A stretch of DNA of 63,811 bases from Rhynchobatus australiae (taxonomy: Eukaryota): NCBI GenBank assembly GCA_034780895.1, contig JAUZTB010000066.1, positions 11,781,342-11,845,152 on the forward strand, given 5' to 3'. The notes below the pieces were generated by a model. That model made no database searches. It saw only the letters and a list, made by a program, of their open reading frames with translations, and was not told where the DNA came from. Of this stretch, positions 49,468 to 62,966 are shown piece after piece. The position numbers and the translations under genes are program-made. The number at the start of each line of letters is the position of its first letter. The stretch's first letter is position 1.

Positions 49468-51814
49468 CTTAAAATAAACAATCAAAAGTGGGTTAAAACA
49501 TAACTCTTCTCCCCGCCCCCCAACTTTTTACAGCCCAACCAGACTAGTTCTCATCTCAAAGTCTCTCCCGACATTCATAACGAAGCGAAAGCCACATTGG
49601 GGGAAAACAAAACAGGGGACTTATTACACACTGTAGGTCAAGGTTTGATGTCAGATTGTCTGAAGAATGTATAGTCAAAAGCATCCTCATCGTGGGGCTA
49701 TTTTTGTGCTCAGGCTCAGCTACAAGTGGGCGTGTAGTCCATGACAAGATGAAAGATAAACTCTGTTTGAAGTCTGTAATGGCATGAAAAGACTGCATTT
49801 GATAATAGTGGCAGGAGAGCTCAGGGCCTGAATGACTCAGCATGTTATTGAACATTTCTCATGGTGTGGGAGGCCATTCAGCCCACTGAGTCTATTCCAG
49901 CTCCTGGTATAGCAAGCCCACTAATCCCTTTCCATGACTTATTGATTATGACACAGTGGGGTTCAAGCTAGCCTCCAGCAGAACAGTCCCCTTGCCCTTT
50001 TTATTTCCCTGTAACCCTAGTCTCTCTCACTGCCCATCAACTCTCACTTAGCCACNNNNNNNNNNNNNNNNNNNNNNNNNNNNNNNNNNNNNNNNNNNNN
50101 NNNNNNNNNNNNNNNNNNNNNNNNNNNNNNNNNNNNNNNNNNNNNNNNNNNNNNNGGGGGGGAGTTGATGTGAATGTTTGATGTTGAAAGGGTGTCCTAA
50201 GAGCAGAGATTTGGTAAAATGGGCCTATTCTCACAGGGTTTAAAAAGCATGGTAGGTGATCTCTTGGAAATACAAGACTCTGAGGGTGATTGAGGGGTTA
50301 GATGCTGCGAGGATGCTTTCTCTGATTGAAATTTCGAGGTCTAAGAAGCAGAATCTCAGGATATGGCTATTTGAAGGTAAATCAGTATCACAGCAATGTG
50401 ATTCAGGAAGATAGGTCACCACCACCACCTCGAGGCTGATTAGAAATGGGTTATGCATGCAAATCGTATAAATAATTTAAATATCTTGCATTAAGAAACA
50501 GCAGAATGGAAAACTATAATGAAAACTGGAAGGGGTAAGGGTATCTGTTGGGGTAAGGGCAGCTGTTGCTCATTGATAGATGGTGGTGATGTAGTTGTTG
50601 TGGTAAGGGAGAGTTAATTATGGAAGATGTGAAGGATACAAGGATATGCAATAGGCAAAGGCAATGCTGTTCGCCATATGTGCCATTAAAATATTAACAG
50701 GTGTTCATGTGTTCAGAGGTGCCAAGTTTGAAGTATCCATGTTAGCAAGACATTGAGATACTGAGTCAGAATATTGTTACACAGGATTCATTTCACCTTA
50801 AACCACTTTGTATTAGAAGGATGTAATTTAATCTGTCCTTGTTCTCCTAGTTTTGTTAATGTTTGAACCTCCTGGATTTAGATGCATCACAGCTAACATA
50901 CTGAATCCAATCCAGTAGAGTTGAAGCAGAAGTAGGGAGGCAATGTCTTGATTTGACATCATAGAATGGCATGTGCAAATGCCAGAATATTAGAATAGTG
51001 AATTTTATGCAATTTGATAGGTAACAAGGTTGATAACAAAAAGATACTTCAGTATTTGGGAAATAATAAAGCTTCTGTAATTGATAGCAAGAGAGCAGAA
51101 GTGGATATTTATGTAGCTTGCAGTGCTGCATTATTTTTAACAGTATTATATTTTGCTCTTTGTGCTCTGTCTCTAATTGCTTTTGTTAATCAGTGGATAA
51201 GAACCAACAACTTGCTGTGGCCGTGTTTTTGCTGAGAACCTTGGTCATTATTCACTGTACAAAATAATTGGGAGAGACTATACAGTATATACGAATGACC
51301 CTATTTTGTATATCTCCTTCCTTTCCTGACTGAGAATGAGGAATAGTCATCTTAATTTTACCCTGATTTTAATCTGCATTGTTGAATAATTGGTGCGGGG
51401 AATGCAATAAGTCAGCAAAGGGGTATTGGTTTATTATTGTCACATGTACCGAGATACNNNNNNNNNNNNNNNNNNNNNNNNNNNNNNNNNNNNNNNNNNN
51501 NNNNNNNNNNNNNNNNNNNNNNNNNNNNNNNNNNNNNNNNNNNNNNNNNNNNNNNNNNNNNNNNNNNNNNNNNNNNNNNNNNNNNNNNNNNNNNNNNNNN
51601 NNNNNNNNNNNNNNNATACATCGGGAGATCGAGTTCATCTTTTAGCACATGTGAGATCCATTCAAGAGTCTGATAACAGCGGGATAGAAGCTGTCCTTGA
51701 GTCTGGTAGTTTATGCTCTCAGGCTTTTGTATCTTCTGCTGGATGGGAGAAGTGAGAATAACCAGGGTGGGAGGGGTCCTTGATCAATTTAGCTGTTTTC
51801 CCACGGCAGCGGGT

Positions 51815-52365
51815 TAAGTGAGTGATCAAAAAGAAGTAAATGGAGTGTAATTTGGGGAAATGTGAAGTGCGCCCCTTTGGTAGAAAGAAGAGAAAAGCAG
51901 AGAAATCTAGGTATAAGAAACACAAAATTAGCATATAGGTATAGAGGTAACTAGGCATATGGAATGTTCACATATATTGCAAGGGGAATGGAAGTTAGGA
52001 TGTCTTGCTTCAATTGTACAGTGCTTTGGTGAGGCCATATCTCCATTGCATGAAGTTTTGGTCTTATTTAAAAGATATACTTCCTCTGAAGAAGTATTGA
52101 GTTGATTAAACCTATATTCCCTAGAGACTGGAAAAATGAGAGGTGGTCTTATTCAAAGATATGATACTGAGGGGCTTGACAGTGTTGTATGTTTTGAGGA
52201 TGTTTTCCCCTGGTCGAAGAATCTAGAACAAGAGGGCATAATCTGTGGATAAAGGATTTTGCACTTAAGATTAAAATGAATCAGAATTTCTTTGAGATTT
52301 GTGAATCTTTGACATTATTTACCCTAGAGAGATTTGAATGCTGAGGCATTATGTATATTCAAGGC
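51815..52365 (+). mobile_element. Degenerate CR1-like LINE fragment
   Basis: gggaaatgtgaagtg, LYSALVRP remnant, aatctagaacaagagggcat, tatattcaaggc. Confidence 0.7.
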
Positions 52366-53140
52366 NNNNNNNNNNNNNNNNNNNNNNNNNNNNNNNNNNN
52401 NNNNNNNNNNNNNNNNNNNNNNNNNNNNNNNNNNNNNNNNNNNNNNNNNNNNNNNNNNNNNNNNNNNNNNNNNNNNNNNNNNNNNNNNNNNNNNNNNNNN
52501 NNNNNNNNNNNNNNNNNNNNNNNNNNNNNNNNNNNNNNNNNNNNNNNNNNNNNNNNNNNNNNNNNNNNNNNNNNNNNNNNNNNNNNNNNNNNNNNNNNNN
52601 NNNNNNNNNNNNNNNNNNNNNNNNNNNNNNNNNNNNNNNNNNNNNNNNNNNNNNNNNNNNNNNNNNNNNNNNNNNNNNNNNNNNNNNNNNNNNNNNNNNN
52701 NNNNNNNNNNNNNNNNNNNNNNNNNNNNNNNNNNNNNNNNNNNNNNNTTTGATATTGTTTCCAGTCATCATGCCTCCACTGATGATAAATGAGTTTCCAT
52801 ATGGGCCATTGGACTACCTTCGGTAGCTTTTGAATCTTAACATAGATCATTAAGGACACAAATGTCACAAAGTACTGGTTAGCCCAGAGGTAGTAAAATA
52901 TCACAGTGTTTCAGTCGTATTTTTTAAAGTGCAGTGGATGGAGAGTAGGGCCAGGGAGCCACACTGTGTGGAGAAATAATGGTGTAAACTTTGATCTAAA
53001 CTTTATTGTTAATGCTTGAACATTGAACTGGATGTTTATTAGTGAAGAAAACAGTATCGTCTCTAATCTGGGTATCTTGGCTGATGAAGGATAAGGTGTT
53101 CAGAGGAAATTAAGAAGAAAACTATAAATTAAATGTTGTC

Positions 53141-53250
53141 ATATTTGGAGAACAGTAGATTAAAAGTAAATTATTTGAAGAACTGTAGATTAAAAACAGT
53201 ATTATTTGTAGGTTAAAAACAGCATTATTTGGAGAACTGCAGATTAAAAA
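53141..53250. repeat. Short minisatellite, about 30-bp unit, about 3.5 degenerate copies
   Basis: Recurrent tatttggagaactgtagattaaaaacag. Confidence 0.8.
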
Positions 53251-56200
53251 TGGTGTTGTTAGCCTGAACCAAATTTAACTGATGTGCCTCCATGTGACTT
53301 GCATATTTTCAGGCCTTCAGTGTTATGTGTGGCAGGATGACAGGCTTGTATAACTCTGCTCAGGTTTAGACCTTGAATGTAATAGCAAGTGTGTTTATTA
53401 TGGAATATCTTGTAAATATAATTAAAGACTAGCTCAACAATGTACAAATAGTATTATTGTTATAGATTGATATTATGACAGTACAATCTATTTAAATTAT
53501 CTGGTAAGTACATCTGCTAAATCAAAATTCTAATATGGTATTATTTGTCACTTCTTTCAAATTTCTGAATAATTCAAAGATAGCTGAATTATCAGGAGCT
53601 GACTTTGTTGCATTTTTCTTGATGCAATAGCTGTTTGTTTCTTAAAATTATTGCCATGTTTTTGATACAGAACACAAACACTTACAAATCTGCTTTGTGA
53701 ATTCCTTGTGAATAAGTAAACTCGTACTTAAAATTGCAGATAGGTCTCGGCTTTATTTTTCAACATGAAGTCAGTAGCGTACAATCAATCTATCAAAGAT
53801 GAAACTAAATTTTTATTAACCAACCAGACAAGATCAATCCAGTAATTTAATGGTTTAGTTTTTTAAATGGGTTGCACTTGAAGATGTAGTCAGAAATTGA
53901 ATCAAATGACTTTTAGCTTGTTTCAGACTAAAGATGCTTTGAACTTTATGGATGCATCCACACATGTGGGACATCAAACTGTCGCACAGGTAAAATTCTA
54001 CACCACACTTCAAACAAAAGTATAAGCAAAGGGAGGCACTTCCCACCAATAGAACATATCTTCATCAAATTGACACAATGTTAAGTTTTTGTAAAACAAA
54101 AGTTACAACAAAAAGCTAGACTAACGATTAATTGATCCTTTTTTTTAATGGACACAAAAAGGTGCAGGATAAATCCTTCTTGTCATTAAGTTACACAGAC
54201 CCAACTTCAGCTGCAAAAGAAAGTTGTACATTGCCTACTATGATAGTTCTACCCTCATGAACAGATCTATTAGAAATCATCTATCATATAATACAGAATA
54301 AAATATTCATGGTAATTTCTTGATTCCAATAACATTTTTAAAACCCAGCTAAAAGAATGACTAGTTAATAGAAAGAGACCAACCTAATTAAGGAAACAAT
54401 GGCAGTTGGTCATTGCCATGCTGAGGACTGGTAAAATAATTCTTTTTCTCATATTGTTATATTACAAATGGAAGAGAAGTGGGAAACAGTATAGAATTGG
54501 ATCTGAGTATAACTGTATTTCTACTCTTATCTTCCTCTGACACTTGAGAATTGTGAATCTGCCAGACTATACTAAGGGCTTTTTCACTTGAGCTTGAAAT
54601 TGAGGAAGTGAATTATTTATAAGCATTGTGTCATTAGATCCAAGCATAGCAGTTTCATGGAAATACTGATTTTTTTTTAAAAAACAAGAGCGGTCCCAGT
54701 GCCAGAATGGTCTAATAACTGTGGTATAGCAACCTGACCAGTGATGCTTTGTGGTCTTGAATAATTTAGAATGTTTATTGACATTATACAAAGCAATTAT
54801 GAGCCTTAAGAATCAAAACATTCCTGTAAAGAAAGGGACCATTTAGAGTCCAATCTTTGTATGTCTAAGGNNNNNNNNNGGCACTTGTAGTACCTGATAT
54901 GTTAGAAAAGCATCTTTACTTCAACCTGTTATGAAAATTTTGTGCTTGTATATCCCATTTGTACTGAGCAACCACCCCCCTCCCCCAATCCCTGCATCAC
55001 ACTATGTGTAAACTTTAGATTAAATACCACCTTGACATTACTGTGAAGTTGAATTGCACTTTGTTTTTTTGATCATGTATGACTTTTGGTGAACAAGTAA
55101 GCTTACAGAACCAAAATGATTGAATTAGAAGAGCAGCACTTGACTTTGATTTGACTTTGCTGCTGAGCTTAAGTTACACCTCATATCGACTAAATGTAAA
55201 TAATGTGTAAACTTTAAAAAGGTCCACCGCATTTATCAAATTCATTTCCTGATGGATCAGTTTGAGACCAGAATTTCAAAACATTTTAAAACAAGCAAGA
55301 AGTGCAGGAGAAAGAGAATTGACAATGGGCAGGGAGTTGGGTATTTACAATATAAAAAAAGATACCTATTGTGTAAAGGTTCTCAGAATAGATGAGAAAT
55401 TGGCAAACAATTGTTATTGTGTGGAAGCAGGCTTAACTTAGTTTTGAATGCGTGGAGGATTAAAACTAAAGGCTAACCCTTGAATTTAAAAATATATGTT
55501 GTGATCTGAGTAGAGCAAGAAACTTGCATTCGTTGATGATTTCCTTTGTTATTTTATAATTAATTCTCACTTGAGGTATCTGTGATTTTAAGAGGCAATA
55601 AATGTTTTTGATTTCCAGTGTATTGTCTTGTGATCTCACTTAAATGTCTAGGAAATGTTTTAAGGGACTGAGTTTTCGTCTGAATATAAGCCTACTCTCC
55701 TCCACTCTTGTGCAGTTGAGCCTGAATACATTTTTGGTGAGATAAACAATTACTTGTAGGAAGTTTTAGCAGTCTTAAACTATGCTTTCCATTACTTATC
55801 ACAAGAATATACTGTTAGCAACTTTATGTTTTACATTAGCAATTATTTAAAGCCAACACAAATAAAAATGTTAGGTATGTTAATATCAAAATAGTATCCT
55901 GAGACAATCATATGTTGAATTCTGAATAGTAACCCAGTTTTATTCCAATTATAAATGTCTTATCAATGGAACTTTTGCTAAAATAAATTTCTACTACTCA
56001 CTAATGAAGATGCAAAATATTCTGAACCATTCTATCCTTAATGCGTGAATAATTATCATATCTGTGCTGAAAATAGACTTGGATTCATTTTAGTCATTTT
56101 CTTTCTAACTTTTCTGTATCTAGCCAAAAAAAACTGTATAACTTTCTTTGTTTCACATCAGCTCCATTGACATCTTAAGCCTGTACAGTTGAGTCCAAAT

Positions 56201-58671
56201 AAAGGCATACCTGCTGAATCCTAATTTACTCTGTCCATGGAATTTCTGATCTAAATATAGCCCAGGGATATATGCCAATATTCCTGATTAGTGGTGTTGG
56301 TCATGTCTTTATCAGGATTCAATTGCATTCCAATAAATTTATCTTACTGCTTTTTGTAATGAAGTGCAATCTCTTGTATAAAAATGCTTAATGCTTTAAA
56401 AGACTTTCTACCTGAATCTGCTTTCTTAAGCTTTTCTTTCTGTAATTTGCTCTGTTTGCAGAAGTATTGCATGTGAAGTCTAATCTGTATTTTAAATAGC
56501 TGTTACACTCTGTAATGTATGACTACTGCATATACTATTTTCTGACTTTTTTCTGAAGTGGCATCTTGCTAATAAACATTAATCTTTGAATATTTGATGG
56601 TGTAATGTCATGTTGACTTGCCCTAACTAAAAGTGCCCAGATTAAGTGGTAGGTGTCCTATTTGCCAAACTAATCCAAGTGTACAAAAATATATAACCAA
56701 CAAAAAAGACTTGCAATGCACTGACTGTAACATATCAAAACCCATTTTAAATATAATCATAAATCTCAAAGCATTTTTGACTACCAAAGACTCTATGATT
56801 TAAATGATATAACTTATTTCAAATATTGTGCATTCTTCTATGTCTGTAGTAGAAAGTGACCTCCAATTATAACCCACCTCTGATTTTGTTTTTCCCTGTG
56901 CCTATTCATTCGGGTGGGATAATTTCATTTGAGTTAAACTTGTTGATGTCCTATAATGATGCTCACTGACAAAATTCTGAGGAAGTATCCTCTATCATCG
57001 CAGTTATGTTCCATTCTCTCAAACTTTTTTCATGCTTTTTACTTTTCTCTGTTGTTTACATTCATTATCATTATCATCTTTCTTCCCTGTGTGTGTCTTT
57101 AAACCTTGTTCTTTGTGTCTCTGTGATCCTTCATTAAAGAGCCTCCTCTCCTCTGTCTCATGCCTTTATCTCTCATCCTCTATATGTCTTAGCATATGAA
57201 CCTTTACTGATTTACTCAATCTGTAACTTTCTCTTCTCATTATTTGTCTCCTCAACACTTACCTTTTGTTATTTCTCATAACTATTCTACAATAGTTTAT
57301 ATTGACCCGTGTGAAATGCCAATAACATTTAAAGTTTTGTAATAAAGTTGAAGGCATGTGGAAGGAAGATAAAGTGGGAAGTGCGTAATGAGTCTGGGTA
57401 CAAAGAGATAGGGGCCAAAAGCCCTGAAGGTGATACACTATATGAATGTGAGAGCACCTGGGGACTTGTTTTGGGAGTAGGAAACTGGAGGCAGTACGAT
57501 AGAGAGAGGAGGAGAGCAGTCTGGAATGTTCCATTGCTACAGTAGATCTGACTAATCCCAAAACATCATGGGAGAACCTGAAGGGATGCCACAAAGGCTC
57601 AGCCGGAAGTATGTGTTAAGTTCTTATAGAATGGGAATTGTTGGGTTTGGAAGCTGGCATGAGATAGCACAAAGTTAAGTTCAGAGGCCACAAATCAGGG
57701 TGGAGAGCCAGGGGAAGTGGTAAAATTTGGGCTTTGAGTTTGGAGAGAAGGGAGCAGAGCTCATATGTGGAGAATATTGTTATGGGATTAGAACGTGGAG
57801 CTGGAAATTACAGTGGGGACAGGCTCTAGAACTACGTCGAGCAGTAAAACTATATAAGTACTACATTAGGATCTGCAGAATTAATGTATGCAAGTGGGCC
57901 ACTGTAAGAAGGAGGTAAGCCAGAGCTGGTGTCCTTGGGGTATGTTTGTAAGAAATCTAAACACCAGTTGTATGTAAAGAGCCTGGGATTTCATGAAAAA
58001 TTGAACCTTTAGACAGCTTAAAAACTTCTGAAGATAGATTTCCAATCATCTGGTTGCCCCACAGTGTCACATGATTGCATTAAATGCATTAACAAGTTCA
58101 CAAGAGCATTGCTATTATACATTTCAACCAAAATTGTTTGTCATACGTCCCAGGTTAGGTGGCACCCAAGGAAAGAGAAACACAATTAACATTTCAGGTC
58201 AAACAGATATTCTGTGGTAACTATCAATGGAAGTGTGGTGGGAAAAGTGTTTTATAGGAAACATACATGACATTCACATGTGTTTTAGCATGCTCATTTA
58301 TAAATGCACCAAATTAAAAATAATTTTGATAAATAACTAAACATTACTTCTGGAGGGACAGTGACTTCTGGTTAAATGTTGGTGTGATTAGGTTTTCAAC
58401 TTTCTCATAAAACAAATATACACAGAAAATAGAAATCATGTTCACAACCTATGAGCTATTGTGGTGAACTGGGACTGCCTTTACTCCAAAATATATTCTT
58501 CATTCTATTGTGGGAAACACACAAAGATATTAACAAATTCAGTCACACTTTTCCTCTGTGGGTACAGTTGGGCACATTATTTCCACTGTCAACAGCATTT
58601 CCAAGTGTTTTGACCCATTAGTTAAGTCCTATAACTTCATAAAAGAAATATGTGCGAATAATTCCATAATA

Positions 58672-58862
58672 AAAAATAGAAAATATTGCAAATAATCAAC
58701 AGGTCGGGCAACATCTGTGGAGAAAAATACAGTTAACTATCCAGATAAATGAGCTTTCATCAGACCTTCCATTGGTCTGAACTGTTAACTCTGTTTCTCC
58801 CACCATAGATGCTCCCCGACCTGTTAAATATTTCATCAGAGTTTTCTGTCATTTCATATTTC
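58672..58862. repeat. Hairpin (MITE-like) element built from two inverted Penelope terminal segments
   Basis: aacaggtcgggcaacatctgtggagaaaaatacagttaac pairs with gttaactctgtttctcccaccatagatgctccccgacctgtt; central tcagacc/ggtctga stem. Confidence 0.7.
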
Positions 58863-60212
58863 AATCATACATGTTTTTCCACAATCCCATAAATTATTCA
58901 GTTGTACCAGTCTAGACTTGTATCCTGTAATACACAGTCATGAACTTTGCAGCATTTTTTGCAATGAAATTGAAACTGAGCATAATAGCATTTGGCTGCA
59001 ATTGTTAATTTCATATTTTTTGCGGGATTATAAATTATCTTATGTTGAAGATTTTCTTCCCCACCCATCTATTTGCCAGAGTCAATTTGGAAAATTTGTA
59101 TTTATAATAAAACTATAATAACATTGCTATTACAATATTCACAGCAGCTTTCCATTGTGAACTTATAATTTTAAAAATAGCCTCCTACCTTTGATTGCTT
59201 TGGTATTGGGCTTTGATCTTGGCTCTACATTTGAAAGGAGTTGCTACTCTGCCTGCTAAAAACTAGAAAATCTGAAGGAGAATTATTTTTAAGTGACTGG
59301 ACATCTTTCAGTATCTGGTTCTCAGCAATAATGCTAAAAGACAGCAAATTGATTGCTGCCTTTATTTTGATAGAAAGAACATAGCCCAAGGGAGATTAGA
59401 ATGTTCCCCTGAGTTATTATAAATATTTAAATAAATGTCAAATAGATGACGAAGGTACTTTTAATTATTGTCACTGATATNNNNNNNNNNNNNNNNNNNN
59501 NNNNNNNNNNNNNNNNNNNNNNNNNNNNNNNNNNNNNNNNNNNNNNNNNNNNNNNNNNNNNNNNNNNNNNNNNNNNNNNNNNNNNNNNNNNNNNNNNNNN
59601 NNNNNNNNNNNNNNNNNNNNNNNNNNNNNNNNNNNNNNNNNNNNNNNNNNNNNNNNNNNNNNNNNNNNNNNNNNNNNNNNNNNNNNNNNNNNNNNNNNNN
59701 NNNNNNNNNNNNNNNNNNNNNNNNNNNNNNNNNNNNNNNNNNNNNNNNNNNNNNNNNNNNNNNNNNNNNNNNNNNNNNNNNNNNNNNNNNNNNNNNNNNN
59801 NNNNNNNNNNNNNNNNNNNNNNNNNNNNNNNNNNNNNNNGTTTTCTGTCAATGACTGTAGCATTCAAAGAATTGCAATAGGTGCTAAATAACTAGCAAAA
59901 TCTTTCTCATCTAACATGAATCCTTGACAATTAACAGATGACATGATTTCTCACTGTAGATAACCCAGACCAAGAAAGTTTAATTAGAGTTTCTTAGCAT
60001 CGTTTTTAGATGACCATTATTTATATTAGTTGTATGTTCTCTTTCACTCAGAATGGTGAGCAGTTTGCATTATTCTTCATCCACAGTGCTATTCTTTGAA
60101 ATCTGGGAGGGTGAACCATGCTTTCAATACACATCTCTTTATTTCCCTTTTTCCTCCTCTCTCACTAATATACATTTCATATATCCTCAGTAAGCTGTTT
60201 CCCACTATGAAT

Positions 60213-60662
60213 TGATCAAAGTCAAAGTCGAGTTTATTGTCGTAAGCACAAGTACATGTATGCACAGGTTTAATGAAAAACTTATCTGCAGCAGAATCAT
60301 GGGCACATAGCATCATATAAGCAGCATTCACAAGGAAAACATAAATTATATACAATTTTTACAATTAGAACAGAAACAAAACAAAGTCCATTTTAGTGCA
60401 AAATGACCAAAGTGGTCATAGTGTTGGTAAACTGTAGTGATTAGAGTTGTGCCGGTTGATCCGAGAACCAAATAGTTGAAGGGAAGTAGCTGTTCTTGAA
60501 CCTGGTGGTGTGGGACTTCAGGCTTCTGTAGCTCCTGATCAATGATAGCTGCAAGAAGATGGCATGGCCCAGATGGTGGGGATCTTTGATGATGGATGTT
60601 GCCTTCTAGAGGCAGTGCCTCCTGTAGATACTACTGATGGTGGAGAGGGGTGTGACCATGAT
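60213..60662 (-). mobile_element. Non-LTR retrotransposon 3' fragment (Rex/Babar-like) with tandem tail
   Basis: Minus strand ends caataaactcgactttgactttga; ORF-end remnant (IIKDP.H.GH..., TTRFKNSYFP); related fragment at about 51640-51810. Confidence 0.65.
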
Positions 60663-60914
60663 GATATGTTCAAAACAGTTCTCATCTAACCAACTAGCAT
60701 TTGGCAACAATCAGGAAACTTGACGTGAAATTCCAATGCTCTTTGATATTCCAACTGCTGGTGCTGATTTTAGTTCTGAGTTACCTCTATCAATAATTTC
60801 ATTGCAATACATTGATTATATTCAGAATCTTTTTATGTTGTTGGTAACTGATAGCCAGTAGCATTAGGTTGGTAAGAGTCATTACTGTACAAGATATAAT
60901 CTTTCATGGAGAAA

Positions 60915-61255
60915 CTGGTGCAGTAGTATTGTGGTTAAGTGGTTAGTCTCCAGAGGCCCTAGTGTTGATGTGGACATAACACTTCAAACCTCATCGTGGC
61001 TCATCGAGGGAGTTTAAGTTCAAGTAATTGAATAAATCTAGAATAAATAAACCGGATTAGTAATAGTGACAGCAAAACGACCATAGTGATGTAAAAACCT
61101 ATTCGGTTTCCTAATGTTCAGGGAAGGAAACCACCTGCCCTTACCCAGTGCAGTCTAAATGTAGTTAACCCTTGCTCTCTGCAATGGTCCAACATGGAAA
61201 ATTAGGGATGGACAATAAATGCTAGTCTTCCGACCAATATTCACATCCCAAGAAC
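60915..61255 (+). mobile_element. Ancient SacSINE1-like SINE
   Basis: gtggttaag head, cagggaaggaaacc core, tagggatggacaataaatgctag...cacatccca tail. Confidence 0.6.
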
Positions 61256-62966
61256 ACACAAAATAACTGAACCTATTTTAATATTTGTAACAAGCTGCAT
61301 TTTTGATTGGACAGCCTATTCAAAAATAGTTGTAACATACTGTATATACAGACAGGAAAACAGATTAAGTAATGTTAAATCTGGGTAATGATTTAACTGA
61401 TCAAAGAACAGATGTATGTAAAAAGCATTGCCAAATCCATTGTTGATGAATGTTGGTGTTTCAGATACTTATAGACTAATGATTCTTGAGTAGATATTCC
61501 TACTGACAAGTGAAGCTGTAAAAAAATAAATAAATAATGCTACTTATGATGAGTTCTGCTTGTAAAGTTAACAATGAACTTTGCAGCTGAGATTTAAAGA
61601 AATTGTAATCAACATAGTTGCAGTATTTCAAAGCAATTGAATTTTTATCTTGTTAATGACGCTGCCTGCAAGTTTTTTGTTTCGATGCAACATTACTAAT
61701 TTATTCTGACCATCACTGTTGGCAATCATCTGCATTTGCTGCAGATTTCATTCCAGATCTCATCAACAAGCTGTTCTTTGATTGTTTGCAGGCTAATCCC
61801 AGCAGCATCAAAGACAACGGAAATCCATTTTTGACAGTGTAGGAAATTAAACATTGGAATCTTTTTTTTTGAAAAAGATGACTAATGACTTTGTTTGGCC
61901 TGTGAGTTGTGTTGATTGTTGATTATTACTTAGTAAATGGCAATTACGTCATGAATTTTATTTTTGTTCCCAACTTCCTTTGCTTAAAAACACTCTGTGC
62001 AATGAAGTTGGTTGAATTACTTGATTGTGGAGTTGTCCTATTGATACCGTAACTGACTGACTGGGGGTGGAGAGGGGTGGCATAGCCAAAGGTGACTTAA
62101 CTTTGTCCTCAACTTGGTTAAGATCAGAAATTTGTTGTGTGGGATATCATGGGCACACACCATTCCATGACATAGAACACTGGAGCTCCGCTGTATAATG
62201 ATATCCAGTAATTATGCTGTTTAAATTCTGCTTGTCTAGCCTGACCATTCTAAAAATAGTCAGGAGTTTAGCCAGTTGAAATGCTGAATTCCTTTTCAAA
62301 TTGACAAAATTAAATATGTTGTCATATCTCTACTCTTGGTTATCTGTCACAATCCACAGCATGTGTAAAATGCCTAAGAATTAACAGACCATGCTTGATT
62401 TGTGAGAGCAGCAGTTAAGGAAATAATGATAACACATGCTGGTTACAACCAGTGACATGCTTCAGCTTTACATAACTGAAGCTGACTGTCAAATCTAGTT
62501 CACTGTTAATTTGGAGAACCACGATCTTTAACACAAATGACTCCAGGTCCATGCTTGAAGCTGAAAGAGAAAAGATATTTGTCAACATAAGACAGATCAC
62601 CCTAAGTCTTTAAGGTTTTTCTTGCCACGTCAGCTGGAAAATAAATGTTGGAGCTGTGCCTCGGCAAGAGCAAAAAATCTTAATCACTTTTGACACATTC
62701 TTTTAATTTCCTGAAGCGGATGTCAGTTGGGCTTCTGAAAATCATGGAAGACACTGACAATGGCTCTGAGGTCTATTTCAAATAAACCAGTCTGCTGAAA
62801 TACAAATAAATAGCAAGGGTGAGCATCCACTGATCAGCTTCAGGTCTTGTAATATTTTATGTTCAGTTAAGTATTTATTAGTTAAGATGTGTCGTTCTAC
62901 CAAATTATAGTCATTTAAAGAATTCAAAGTTTAAGGTCAGTGATCAGAATTCACTGTTTCTTTCAG

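Noticed and set aside
51014-51235. 73-aa ORF with a hydrophobic stretch
   Set aside because: It has a non-ATG start, T-rich intron composition explains the hydrophobicity, and I recognise no homology.
52764-52821. Exon-like unit reading IMPPLMINEFPYGPLDYLR, faintly like a kinase hinge
   Set aside because: The donor is weak, no other kinase motifs are nearby, and it is adjacent to a gap.
53141-53250. About 30-bp repeated unit, superficially CRISPR-like
   Set aside because: There are no unique spacers and no cas genes, and the context is eukaryotic; it is a minisatellite.
54747-54761. Minus-strand FKTTK, matching the end of the DOP1B exon expected upstream of the orphan pair
   Set aside because: No GT donor follows and the preceding residues do not resemble DOP1B; treated as coincidence.
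62452-62491. Short hairpin (cttcag...ctgaag with tgaca/tgtca)
   Set aside because: Too short and imperfect to support a miRNA or other ncRNA call.
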